DNA of 64,000 nucleotides from Eledone cirrhosa (taxonomy: Eukaryota): contig OZ024742.1 of assembly GCA_964016885.1 (NCBI GenBank), forward strand, positions 114,452,001 through 114,516,000. The letters run 5' to 3'. Position numbers and translations under genes: made by a program. Under the pieces are notes generated by a model. It did not search any database. It saw nothing but the letters and a program-made list of their open reading frames with translations, and was not told the DNA's origin. Shown here piece after piece: positions 24,206-37,100 of this stretch (the stretch's first letter is position 1; every line of letters begins with the position of its first letter).

Positions 24206-26665
24206 ACCCTGGTCAAGTTTGATGATACAACACGGCATATTCTAGGACGCTTCGCCCTAGGCGTACGCTGTGATAATGGTGAACAGTTCGTATCCTTCGC
24301 GGATGCCAATCATCTTATCGTCACCAACACCCGGTTCCAACTTCCTTGGCGTCACCTCGTCAAGTGGCGATCCGATGACGGAAGAACGGCCAATCAGATT
24401 GACTACATCCTGGTCAGATCTTGTTGGGCCAGCTTAGTGATAAACTCGAGTGCGTATCGAGGGGCTGATACGGGCAGTAAGCATGGGTCAGACCATACTC
24501 TTCTTCTAGCAACCCTTCGTCTGCGGCTGCAGGCGCAACCTCCTCCCAACCTCCAGAAAAGGATCGACTTCTCGCGACTCAAGCTCGATGATGGAAATGC
24601 CTTCCGGCCAGCGCTGCGAAACCGATTCCAAATGCTGAGTGACGGCGACGTTTGAGGTGGCCGGAGAGCATCTCGGGTCGACCCAAAGACGCCATCGAGA
24701 ATGGATCTCCGGCGGAACTCTTGAACTCGCGGAGATGGCGACAGTGGCCGGAAACGATAGTGAACCCAATCTTCGAGATCTCCGACGTCGCATATCTCGG
24801 GCTATTCGGGCCGATCGGAATGCACACTGGCGTGAGTTTGCGGAGCAGGCGGAGAGGGAAGCTCCTGTGGTGACTCGCGCAAGCTCTACCAACTGGTGAA
24901 GTGGGCCAGCCGAAGCAGTACGGGTATCAGCGAGTCGATCCGTGATCGGAACAGAGTGGTCATTACTAATGTAAATGAGCGGCTAGTCCGATAGCGGGAC
25001 CATTTCTCCGAGCTGCTCAACCACCCGCCACTACCCACGCCAACCTACGTGCAACCTTCCGGAGAAGAATACGGGTGTAGCACTGCCCCTCCAACTGTCG
25101 AGGAGGTACGTAGTGTCCTGACACATCTCCGGAACAACAAGGCGCCGGGCGAAGATGGCGTTCCAGCTGAGGTCTACAAAGCCGAGCCTGATGTCTTCGC
25201 ATCTTTGCTCCACCGAGCCTTCTCCTCTGTGTGGGCGACGGAGCGGTTCCCTGGTGACTGGAGCGAGGCGACTCTCCTACCTTTCTTCAAAAAAGGCGAC
25301 AGGAAACTGTGTTCCAACTACAGGGGTATCAGTTTAATTGACGTTGCTGCCAAAACTTTCGCAATCCATCTGCTGAAGAGGTTCCAGGCCATCCGAGATG
25401 TCCCTACCCGTCCTTCACACGGGGTGGCGTTGATCAAATCTTCAATCTCCGGCGTGTCATGGAGCAACGGTGGGCGCATCAGCAACCTACCATCCTCTGC
25501 TTCATCGAATTTGCAGATGCCTTCGACTCGGTAGATCGGGAAGCCCTATGGCGTATAATGCAGGCGGACGGCATCCCAGTGAAGCTGCTTCGTCTAATAC
25601 ACGGCTACTACCGGTCGACTCGGGTTCGTGTGAGTGTCTATGGTGGGGAGACGGAGTCGTTCGATATTTGGACCGGTGTTCGGCAGGGGTGTGCGCTATC
25701 GCCAACTCTCTTTAACTACGTCATTGACTACACTCTCAACACAGCGCTCCCGGATTACCGGGGCCTGGAGGTTGGGAGAGGACTCGTGGTGACGGACCTG
25801 GCCTACGCGGATGACATCTTGCTGATGGCCGCTAACGGGACAGATGTAGAAGGTGCTCTTGAAAGTCTGTACACTGCAGCCGCCGCTGTTGGTCTACAAA
25901 TCAATGACGCCGAGTCGAAAGTCATGACGTCACTGGTCTCACCTGATGCCTCGCAGCCGATGTCTCTAACGGGCGTGGACCTGAACGAAGTGGAGTCCTT
26001 CGTTTACCTGGGCTCAACAGTGGTTCCAACGGGACAGGGCGCAGCTGAGGTCAACCGTCGCATAGGTGCTGCCAGATTCGCTACAGCGGCATCTGTGCGA
26101 GAGAAGAGAGATCACCTCGGCGACCAAAGGGCGAATCTGCCAGGCCTTCGTTCGCAATAAACTCCTCTATGGCTGTGAAACATGGCCTATGAGGTTAGTC
26201 GATCAACGAGGGCTGGAGGTCTTCGACAACGACTATCTCCACCGCATTCTTCGCTGCCGAAGATTTGATCGGGTACCTACTGCAAATCTTCCTCTTCGCC
26301 TGAATCTTCGACCCCTTATTTCAGTGATTCTGCAACGGCGCTTGAGATGGTTTGGTAACGCCGCTCGGCGCCCTGACGGTGAACTGATCCGCCATGTTCT
26401 ACTCCGACCTCCACTTCCTAACTGGCGCAAGCCCGTTGCCGGGCAGCTGAAAACCTGGGCACGATCAAGGAGGACATCTCCGAACTCTCAAGTCCACAGG
26501 CTGTCGTCCTGCGCCGATGGAACCGGGACTAGCTCGCTATTTCCAGTGGCCTAGCGCGGGACCGTCGGGCGTGGGCTGTCATGGTTCCGGATGCCGTCAG
26601 GACAAGGGAAGAAGCCGGCTCAACCTGTCCAGGGTGACTGTCGACAAAAGTACAAGTAAGTAAGT
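24206..26665 (+). mobile_element. RTE-clade LINE, 5'-truncated and degenerate, with an (AAGT)n tail
   Basis: LGRFALG..DNGE, NQIDYILV, GSDH (APE); KAPGEDG, NYRGISL, GVRQGCALSP, YADD; LLYGCETW, RRLRWFG; ends acaagtaagtaagt. Confidence 0.9.
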
Positions 26666-27190
26666 CAAACTAACCACGGAGCTTGAGGCACTCCAGCAAA
26701 GCTACACCAAGACGATTGCCACGATGAAGGAGATAAGCTACTGGGAGAGGCTAACAGAACTTAACCTCTACTCCTTGGAACGAATACGTGAGAGATATGC
26801 AATGATCTACATGTGGAAAATCCTGGAGGCACTAGCACCAAACTTTGGAATTGCGAGCTGGAGCATTCATCGAAAAGGACGTCACTGTGTCGTGCCAAAG
26901 GTCCCATCTCCACATCTAGAATAAGGAGCAGATATTGCAATAGCCTGGGATTCAGGGGCCCCCCAACTCTCCAACAAGCTGCCGAGGGATCTGAGAGATT
27001 TTCATGGTGTGGAGGTGGATGTCTTCAAGAAACATCTCGACACCTTGCTATCGAGGATCCCGGATGAGCCCACAGCAAGGCACGAGGGAAACCTAAGGGC
27101 AGCAGCAACAAACTCCCTCATACACCAGTTGCTAAACAGTACAGGCTGGATATAAAATGTGTAGCAACAAGGGTAAAAGAGTAAAAGAGT
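26664..27190 (+). mobile_element. 3' fragment of the CR1-group family at 21585-24205, opposite orientation
   Basis: MKEISYWERLTELNLYSLERIRERY; nucleotide similarity to the reverse complement of 21600-22140. Confidence 0.88.
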
Positions 27191-27225
27191 ATGTATATGT
27201 ATATATATATATGTATATATATACA

Positions 27226-27266
<41 letters not shown>

Positions 27267-27275
27267 AAGATTTAC

Positions 27276-27345
<70 letters not shown>

Positions 27346-27701
27346 TATATTTAAAGATTTACATATGCATATACATAAAGTCATAGATATATATGTGTTT
27401 TGCAACCGGTCACGTTGTGGCTCAATGAAGAATTAATACATTAAATAATCAGAGCAATATATCATAAATCATGTCTTTAGAATGATTAGATATAATATAT
27501 AACATATCAAGCTATAAGAATTAAGGCTCCTATGAAGACATTTCCGACAAATAACCGAAAGCGGCCTCTTCGCGGTGGCCCTGATAGTGTATTTATCCAA
27601 CATTTCAACAGCATGTAGAAATTGACTAAATATACCGTCAACCATACACAATTAGGTGTAAATTCAAACTTAGAAGAAATGCGTACATACCGTAATTATA
27701 T

Positions 27702-27770
27702 ATCTACCATGGTTTCGTATTTTAGACATCCAATAACCGGATACGTCCAGAGTATCGTACTCATCAGGAG
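27702..27770 (-). ncRNA. Type I hammerhead (partly degenerate copy)
   Basis: Minus strand CTC CTGATGA GTAC...ATAC GAAA CCATGG TA GAT. Confidence 0.65.
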
Positions 27771-28635
27771 TGAACTCGAAATTAGACATTTAATTTTCCA
27801 AAGTGATCGCGCCAAAAATAGATTCAAAAATGGATAAGAATCGTGACGTGGCATTGGTCAAGGTAGAAAGAATGTGATTAGTTGCTTACGGCTGGCAGGC
27901 TTGTTGCTAGAAAGCGCAGCCCAATATCGCCCAATTGTATTTCAACCTAACGGGAGATTATTAAATATAAAGATTTTCATATACATAAACATAAAGTCAT
28001 AGATATATATGTTTTTTGCAACCGGTCCCATTGTGGCTTAATGAAGAATTAATAAATTAAATAATCAGAGCAATATATCATAAATCATGTCTTTGGATTT
28101 ATTACATAAAATATATACCATTTCCTCTACGAATAAGCATAATTAACCATATAAAAAATCAATTAGACCAAGCTATAAGAATAAAGGCTCCTATGAAGAA
28201 ATTTCCGACAAATAACCGAAAGCTGCCTCTTCGCGGTGGCCCCGATGGTATATTTATGTTTAATTATGCTAATTGGTAGAGGAAATGCTATATATTGTAT
28301 CTAATAATTCTAAAGACATGATTTATGATATACTGCTCTGATTATTTAATTTATTAATTCTTCATTGAGCCACAACGTGACCGGTTCCAAAACACATATA
28401 TATCTATGACTTTATGTTTATGTATATGTAAATCTTTATATTTAATAATCTCCCGTTAGGTTGAGATACAATTGGGCGATATTGGGCTGCGCTTTCTAGC
28501 AACAAGCCTACCAGCCGTAAGCAACTAATCACATTCTTTCTAACTTGACCACTGCCACGTCACGATTCTTAGCCATTTTTTAATCTATTTTTGGTGCGAT
28601 CACTTTGGAAAATTAAATGTCTAATTTCGAGTTCA

Positions 28636-28709
28636 CTCCTGATGAGTCCGATACTCTGGACGTATCATCTTATTGGATGTCTAAAAATACGGACGAAACC
28701 ATGGTAGAG
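28636..28709 (+). ncRNA. Minimal type I hammerhead ribozyme with canonical core
   Basis: CTC CTGATGA GTCCG [loop] CGGAC GAAA CCATGG TA GAG: GUA triplet, palindromic loop 3. Confidence 0.88.
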
Positions 28710-29017
28710 ATATAATTACGGCATGTACGCATTTCTTGAATTTACACCTAATTGTGTATGATTGACGGTATATTTAATCAATTTCTACATGCTGTTGAAA
28801 TGTAGGATAAATAGTCTATCGGGGCCACCGTGAAGAGGCCGCTTTAGGTTATTTGTCGGAAATTTCTTCATAGGAGCTTTAATTCTTATAGCTTGGTCTA
28901 ATTGATTTTTTATATGGTTAATTATGCCAATTGGTAGAGGAAATGTTATATATTGTATCTAATAATTCTAAAGACATGATTTATGATATATATCTATATA
29001 TATACATATATATATAC

Positions 29018-29104
<87 letters not shown>

Positions 29105-29166
29105 CATATATCATATATATATAAATATATATATATACATATATATATACACATATATATATACAT

Positions 29167-29205
<39 letters not shown>

Positions 29206-29219
29206 CATATACATATACA

Positions 29220-29276
<57 letters not shown>

Positions 29277-29465
29277 TGAGGGAGAGAGAGAGAGATATGT
29301 ATATATGTATTAAGGATACTATTTATGGTTATGTATATACTAAAACCTTTTATAGTTATATCTATTTTAAACCCTAAACAGTGAAAGACAGTAATGTATT
29401 ACTACCTTATTACCAGTAAGATAAACGGCTCAAGATAATAACATCAGTTGTTCTACGGAGAAGTT

Positions 29466-29937
29466 ATATAGAAATCACATGAATCAAAGTTCTGTTCAAA
29501 CCATTTATTAGCTTACAATTGTTTCGTCCAAACCGAGGGTTGAATGTCTTCAGTGCAATTTTTCTTATATACATATGACACAAGTGCATGCCCCACGTGT
29601 AACTATTGCATACACTAACTACTTCAAACTATCCTCTTGCATTATCTTCGTAAACTGCGGATGTTGTATTTTAACTTTAATTTTGTTTTAATTTTCTTTT
29701 AATACGACTTTAATTTTTTGAATGTAACCTGCCATGCTAAAATATTATAATGGATGTCACCCCACTTTGCATCGATATATACATATGTTTCTGTATGTCT
29801 CATGTGTTGGAAAGGAGGTCATGTATGTACACAATCTTTGAAAAATTGCTCCGAAGACGCCAAACCTCGGTTTGGACGAAACAATTGTAAGCTAATAAAT
29901 GGTTTGAACAGAACTTTGATTCATGTGATTTCTATAT
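29466..29937. mobile_element. Family C element with inverted arms (29466-29564 and 29840-29937); HHRs at 29509-29558 (-) and 29846-29894 (+)
   Basis: 29752-29935 is homologous to 7039-7220; CTGAAGA or CCGAAGA...GGTTTGGAC GAAA CAATTG TA AGC. Confidence 0.8.
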
Positions 29938-29940
29938 GTA

Positions 29941-30014
<74 letters not shown>

Positions 30015-30021
<7 letters not shown>

Positions 30022-31397
30022 TTTTACAACTTATCCCCTGTGAATGTTTCATATGTTTATTTTAGATATATCTATATGTCAATCAATTATTTCTAGTTGA
30101 TATAACATCCTCGGATTTATTCATTGGAATCTTGGAGCATATTTTACGTGTGATATAGCGCATGTCTATCTGACATGACACCCTTAATTTAACTTAATTT
30201 TGGATATATATAAATACGGCCCCTTAATTGTAGAGCTAACTCAGTTGAAAAGACTTGACTGCTATTTCTAGTTGTCGATAACCCTATTCACGCCATTGGG
30301 ACGAAGCTGGTACGATGTGTGTATTTTTAATAAATACAGCACTTGTTACTGGCCAGTCGCTGATTTGAATTTGATGCGTAAACACAGATGGTTAGTCCTC
30401 TTCCTTGTTGAAAATCCAGGATCTGTCGTTTACCAATCGATTAAAAGCGTGAAATATATTTCTTTAATGGATATATACAAGGAAGATTATTCAATGTATA
30501 AGGTATCTATTTTTGAAATTCTAGTTAAACTTTATTTAGTTACCTACCTAGCTATGTGTGCTTACACACTTTTACAAATTATCCCCTGTGACTGTTTCAT
30601 ATGTTTATTTTGGATATATTCATATGTCAATCAATTTCTAGTTGATATATATATATATATATATATATATCCACAATTAAATTAAGGTTGTCATGTCTGA
30701 GAGACATGCGCCATATTCACTGCAGAATAAGCTCAAAGATTTCAAATGAATAGATCTGAGCATCTTACAAATTATTCCCTGAGATTGTTTCATGCGTTTA
30801 TTTCATATATATATGTGCCAATCTACTTCTAGTTGATATAAAATGCTCAGATTTATTCAGATTTTTTCATTGGAATCTTTGAGCTTATTCTGCAGTGAAC
30901 ATGGTGCATGTCTCTAAGACATGACAACCTTAATTTAATTTTGGATATATATAATGCCCCTTGATTGTAGAGGTAATTCAGTTGAATTGACTCGACTGCT
31001 ATTTCTAGCTGTCGATAATCCTATTCACGCTACTGGGCTGACGGGGTACGATGTCTGTTTTTTTTATAAAATGCAACACGTGGTTCGAGTCATTCGTAGA
31101 TTTGCATTTGATGTGCAAACGCAGATGGTTGGATATTCTCCTTTGGTGATCATCCAGGATTTGACCGCTGTGATTTACTGGTTATTTGGTGAAATATATT
31201 TTTTTATTTAAAGAAATATATACAAAGGAGATTAATTACTTTAAAAGGTATCTATATTTGAAGTTCTAGTTAAACTATAATTAGTTAGTTACCTACATAG
31301 CTATGTGTGCTTACACACTTTACAAATTATTCCCTGACATTGTTTCATGTGTTTATTTTATATATATATATATATATGTGTCAATCTACTTCTAGTT
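30015..31397. repeat. Non-coding element with a tandem unit of about 550 bp and an internal inversion (30675-30765 vs 30845-30940)
   Basis: Block tacaa(a/c)ttat..cctg...tgtttcat recurs near 30024, 30572, 30766 and 31321; 30120-30640 aligns with 30865-31395. Confidence 0.8.
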
Positions 31398-31428
31398 CAT
31401 ATAAATATATATATATGAGCGTCTTCTG

Positions 31429-31512
31429 ATATTATTTCTGGCAAAATGATTACAACAATATGACCCTCTCCAAGTATAACAATATTTGTTTCGACAAAGC
31501 AAATTCATCGCA

Positions 31513-31604
<92 letters not shown>

Positions 31605-32560
31605 TATATGAATGCGATGAATTTGCTTTGCGATATTTTTGATATGAAATTGTCTGTCGAAACAAATATTGTTAAACTTGAGAAGGGTCATATTGTTGTA
31701 ATAATTTTGCCAGAAATAATAACAGAAGACACTCACTGTTTTGTTTGTTTTCGCTTCTGTATCTTTAATATCTTCATAGTTAATTCATTTGGTCCTGAAT
31801 GGTTATCATTGACTGACCAACAGTCAAAAATACAGATATATATACATATATATATAGTCTAACAAAGTTCTTTTGTTGCACATCTGCAACATCATCAGTC
31901 ATACTATTATGTGTCCAACTGTTGTATTGTATATCTACGTCATTTTTATTTTATTTGTTTACTTATTTATTTATTTTTGTCTTCTTCTCTGCGCATGCGT
32001 TTACGTGTATGTATAGTGTTTGGTGTGGATGTTTGTGTTTGGGGTACTGTGTTTTTTGTTGTTGTATTCTATCTTTGTTTATTAATGTGTGTTTATATGT
32101 GTTTGTTGTTATTGTTCTTGTGTATATATATGTTTATTTATTTAATTATTTATATTTCTCGTAAGTCAGTATTGTTTGTTTGGGTGTTGTTGTTATTCCA
32201 TTCATTCTTTCTGTTTAGCTTTGGCTTTTTAAGCTCTATTTCGTTTGCCTCTCTGATTTGGCTACATGCTGGGTCATTTCTATGTCTAGATATTATTTTA
32301 ATTTCTATGTTGTCTATGTTGCCGTCATGTTGGTGTCTGGTGTGTTCGTATAGTACTGAACCGTTCTTTCGTCCTTTTAATTGCCCACAGTGTTGGTCTA
32401 TCCTTTCTCATATTTTTCGAGCTGTCCCGCCTGTGTATGTTGTTGTCATGTTTCTGAAACTAACCTCTGGACATATTATGTTATAGACTACATTTATAGT
32501 TTTACAGTTTATCTGGGGCTTTACTCTACATATACCACATTTCCTATTAATGCAGTGTGT
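31429..32560 (-). mobile_element. PLE subfamily A' 3' fragment with degenerate GIY-YIG, plus an inverted terminal piece (31429-31517) across a (TA)n tract
   Basis: Minus-strand translation of about 32180-32560: CINRKCGICRVKPQINCKTINVVYNIICPE...TYTGGTARKI*ERIDQH...KPKLNRKNEW, homologous to the GIY-YIG at 62480-62836; terminus atgaccctctccaagtataacaatat resembles family A. Confidence 0.8.
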
Positions 32561-32585
32561 TTATATATATACATGTATATTTATA

Positions 32586-33095
32586 CATTAATAAAATAAT
32601 GAATAAACAAAGAAATAGTTCCTTATATTAAAAAATTCATCATGTTACGATCGTTTCTAGGATATATATATTAGTGTTGGTATGCATATCCTATAGATCT
32701 ATGTAAAATGTTTACAAACTTTAAGAGGGAATATACATACCTACACATATATATGATGTCTTAAGAAATAATGATTATTTCTGAAGACAGCATATATATG
32801 TGTAGGTATGTATATTCCCTCTGATAGTTTGTAAACATTTTACATAGATCTATAGGATATGCATACCAACACTAACATGTATATTCTAGAAACGATCGTA
32901 AAATGATGAATTTTTTAATATAAGGAACTGTTTCTTTGTTTATTTATTATTTTATTAATTTATCTTGACTCTGTTTTCCGTTATTATTCACCGAAAAAAT
33001 TTTTTTAATACATCTTCTCTTTTCATGATATTCGGATTACATTGAGTTCTTCATACGGATTGGACACTACCGTACCTTTTGGTAGATTTATCTAC
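32586..33095. mobile_element. Foldback non-coding HHR element (arms about 32587-32770 and 32774-32959)
   Basis: Inverted repeat of about 185 bp centred near 32772; right arm extends to (TA)n. Confidence 0.85.
32774..32907 (+). ncRNA. Minimal type I hammerhead with an insert of about 100 nt in stem/loop II
   Basis: ATTATTT CTGAAGA [...] GAAA CGATCG TA AAATGAT: 7-bp stem I including one G.U pair, palindromic loop 3. Confidence 0.7.
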
Positions 33096-33100
33096 ATATA

Positions 33101-33155
<55 letters not shown>

Positions 33156-33167
33156 TTAATATAGATG

Positions 33168-33218
33168 AGATTCTACAGGACTAGAACGGTTTCATTGTTT
33201 AGAAATCATCAGGAATCT
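33168..33218 (-). ncRNA. Type I hammerhead in a (TA)n-flanked element of about 130 bp (33152-33280)
   Basis: Minus strand AGATTC CTGATGA tttctaaacaat GAAAC cgttctagtcct GTA GAATCT: stem I is perfect, stem II is weak. Confidence 0.65.
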
Positions 33219-33277
33219 GCAATGTATTGAGTACCTTACTTACTGTGGTTACCTCCGATTCAACCCGGAATAACGTA

Positions 33278-33347
<70 letters not shown>

Positions 33348-33525
33348 TACTATATCTATACTGACGCACACGATATAATGTTCACATATATTTGATTATT
33401 TCCATATAGAGGTCTACATTAGGGAACATGTAATATTATACATGATAGCAAATGTACCTACCATGTCATGTATTGGTATTTAAATATGATACCATCTTAG
33501 TGTATGTTACGAACGCAAACACACA

Positions 33526-33581
<56 letters not shown>

Positions 33582-34059
33582 GGACATAGATGAGTAAGCA
33601 AGTGATCATCCTGTAGTAGTGTGAACATTAAATATCGAAAAAAAAAATATTTTGAACTGTTGCCTAATATTAGAACCATATCATTTTGGAATGATGCCTA
33701 CAAATATAGAATTCATTACACTGTAAAATAAATGTAAAAATATCTAATTCACGCAGAGTATAATTTATTCAGACCACTATACACGGATGAATTTAATCCA
33801 AGTATCCTACAAAAGTTTGCCTAGAAAATGTTTTCTCATTGCTCTGTTGTCGAAGTACTGTATCACATTAGCTCTGCACTTACTAATAAGTAGTATTAAT
33901 AAATACAAACCCTGGCTTGATTTTCTTTTTAATTGTGACGAATTTATTAATGATGTGACAGTATCAACGCCACGCCTATTTTCATTTGGTCTCCTCCTAT
34001 TCCTCTTCCCCTCGGTCTTTCTCTCTCACTCATTTTCATGTTATCTACTTACATAACTG

Positions 34060-34097
34060 TCTATCTATCTATATATCTATCTATCTATCTATCTATG

Positions 34098-34173
<76 letters not shown>
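34060..34173. repeat. (ATCT)n/(GATA)n microsatellite at the Tx1 insertion site
   Basis: Directly visible; the same motif occurs at 38661-38695 and 44469-44484. Confidence 0.97.
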
Positions 34174-37100
34174 AACACCACCACAACAACACCAACACAC
34201 AAAAATAACCACAACAAACACATTCCCACCCAACCCCACTCCACCTAAAACCACTGCACAATCACATACAGACACAACAGCTCCCCAAGACATACCCCTC
34301 CCCAATCACACAGACCATACAACAGATGAGGCTATCTCGCCATCACCCAGTGAAGACGAGGGAGAACCCCATCGCTCGAAAAGAAAGAAAAGACATCACA
34401 AAAGCAAAAAACCAGCAAACACTACCACAAACATACAACCACCAACACAAACAACAAAAATATCACAAACAAAACCCGCACCTCCTGAAAACAAAATACC
34501 TACAACAAAACGAAAGCACACACAAGAACTACAGACAAAAACAAACACAACACAAGAAAATTACACTTACACTTACATAAACACTGAAAACAAAACACTA
34601 ATGGAGACCATCACGAACGACCCTTCGGTTTTCACCGAAGGGAAAACTTTCGCCCACTCTATAAAAAATAGCAAAAAACTGAACCTATAACTGATTAGGG
34701 TCCCTATACAAACTTATAGGTCCCTAAAAGAAACATTTGAGAAGGATGTGGGGAATTCCTGCGTGAAACCACTCAACCGCGTCCTTCTCAAATGCCTCCT
34801 CACCCCAGACACCCACATCCCACCAGACCCCACCCCACCAAACATCTGCGTCCCCACACCGCCGGAAACTGCCACCCATCCAGACAACCCCTCCAACACC
34901 CCCATGGAAATCGTGCGGCCTGGTCCCCAGGAGGCGAAGGGTGAGTGATCTCTTTTCCTCTTTTAACTTTTCAGCACCAACATGGCCAATATAAGAGTTG
35001 GATGTGTGAACGTACGCGGCCTGGGGATGCCCTGGAAACAGGGCAAACTCTTAAACGACCCCAGGTCGCACAGTTTGGATGTGGTAGCCATTTGCGAGTC
35101 CAGGATCCACGGCGAGCGACAGCTGGCCCCCATCTCCGATGACTTTGAGATATACGCATCTCTCTGTCAACCGGGGGGTGGGGCGGAGTTGCCGTTTTGC
35201 TGCGGAAGCACCTGGGCCTCGTAACACAGACGGTACATCTGGACCCGGAGGGTCGACTGGTGGTCCTAGACGTTGACGGTAGTGAAGGTGGAGCGTTCAG
35301 GCTGGTGGCCGCATATGCCCCATCCGGGACACCGCGGCCAGACTTCTTCAAACGTCTAGAGACTTTTCTGGGAACGTCCCGCTCCTTGCTTTTAGTGGGG
35401 GACTGGAATGGAATCCTAGATGCACGTTGGGACTATGTGGGAGCATGTCCCGATAAAGGGGGGTGTAACCGCCTCAAACAATTAATCGACCGATTTGACC
35501 TGGCCGATATATATCGACTAGATTTTCCGACTGCGCCACTGTGGATGTGGAGTAATCGTAGCGGAACATCTAGATCGTACCTAGATAGGGTTCTAGTTAG
35601 AAATAAGGATAGGGACATGTTAAGCTGTCCACAAATGTTCATGGTTGCCTATTCAGATCACAAACTAGTGACCTGCATGGCCAACCTTGATAGAACCCAT
35701 AGACAAGGACCCGGCTACTGGAAGCTGAACTTGTCGTTACCGACAAGCAAAGCCTACAGTAGACGGATTAGCACTTTAGTTAAACAGCACTTGACAGGGG
35801 CCATTGTCAACAACAGATGGTGGTACTCTCTCAAGAGGGCAGTTAGATTAGACTCGATAGCTTTTAGTAAAGAATTAGCGTTAGATAGAAATAGAACCGA
35901 GAAGGAACTGGTAGATACAGTAGAAGAGGCAATTAGAAGTGGCAACGTAGCCAGCGTGCTAGCAACGAGAACGGCCTTGGACCAGTTCTTCGACGCAAGG
36001 CACGAGGGCTGCGTTGTCAGAAGCAAAATACGTGCTCTGGGAAACGAGGGAGCCAAAGCTGTTAGCTGGGCCCGAGTGACGGAGGCAAAAAGTGGCAACA
36101 AGTCCACGATTCGGTCTTTGAAGGACCAAAACGGACGCGTGATACGTGAGCCGAAGCAGATGTGTACGGCTTTTCAGCGGCACTTTGCTCGGCTGTTCGG
36201 GGGGAGCGGCGCGCCGGGAGAGGCTATGGATTTCGGTCCATACCTCGACGGCCTACCGTGACTCTCGGACAGCGAGGCGAAGTTCTGCGAAAAGCCGATT
36301 TCAGCCACTGAGATAGGGGACGCGCTGAGCCAATGCGGCAAACGCAAATCTCCAGGTCTCGACGGTCTACCCTACGAATTTTACGTAGCAATGCCGGACT
36401 TATTCTCCGGTCTCCTGGAAGCGGTCTACTGCAACTGGCAACAGAACAGGAGAATTCCCAGTTCTGTAACCGGGGGCGTGGTCACACTAATCAGGAAGGA
36501 CGAGAATAAGGGGGATGACATAGGCAACTTCCGGCCCATAACTCTGCTAAACACAGAGTTACAGATTTTGGCCAAGGTGTTGGCAAAGAGGCTGGCGCTT
36601 GTCGTCGAGAACCTGGTGGGAGAAGCGCAGACATGCGCAATCCCGACCAGGTCCATACACGACAACCTCCACCTCATGCGATACATCATAGAGAGGGTAG
36701 GGTGTAAACCCGGCTTCGGTGGGGCCCTGATCAACTTGAATCAGTCTAAGGCTTTCGATAGGGTTGACCATCGTTACCTGGATGCGGTGCACGAGGCGGC
36801 AGGCTTCGGACCCGTGTTCAGGGGCTGGATTGCTGCAATGCACAACAGCAACATCTGCTCAAGGGTCAAGGTGAACGGTTACCTCTCGGAGCCGTTCCAT
36901 ATTACGCGATCCATTCGACAGGGATGCCCTCTCTCCTCCCTTCTGTACGTACTGACTCTCGAGCCACTACTGCGGAAGCTGGAGCTATTGCAGGGCATCC
37001 CTCTGGAACCGGGACTTCGGAAAGCGGCGTCGGCCTACGCCGACGACGTGACAGTAATGGTGTCGAGCGCCTCGCAAATCGAGGAAGTCGGCACCTTACT

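Larger units (their letters stand above)
27350..28990. mobile_element. Retrozyme-like element: about 615-bp unit in about 1.5 tandem copies (27350-28257) plus an inverted copy (28258-28990)
   Basis: aaagatttacatat...cataaagtcatagat recurs near 27353 and 27968; the right part is the reverse complement; no coding capacity; one HHR per unit; (TA)n flanks. Confidence 0.85.

Noticed and set aside
21585-27190. CR1 pieces in inverted orientation around the RTE as a composite transposon
   Set aside because: The two CR1 pieces are visibly diverged; independent insertions are sufficient.
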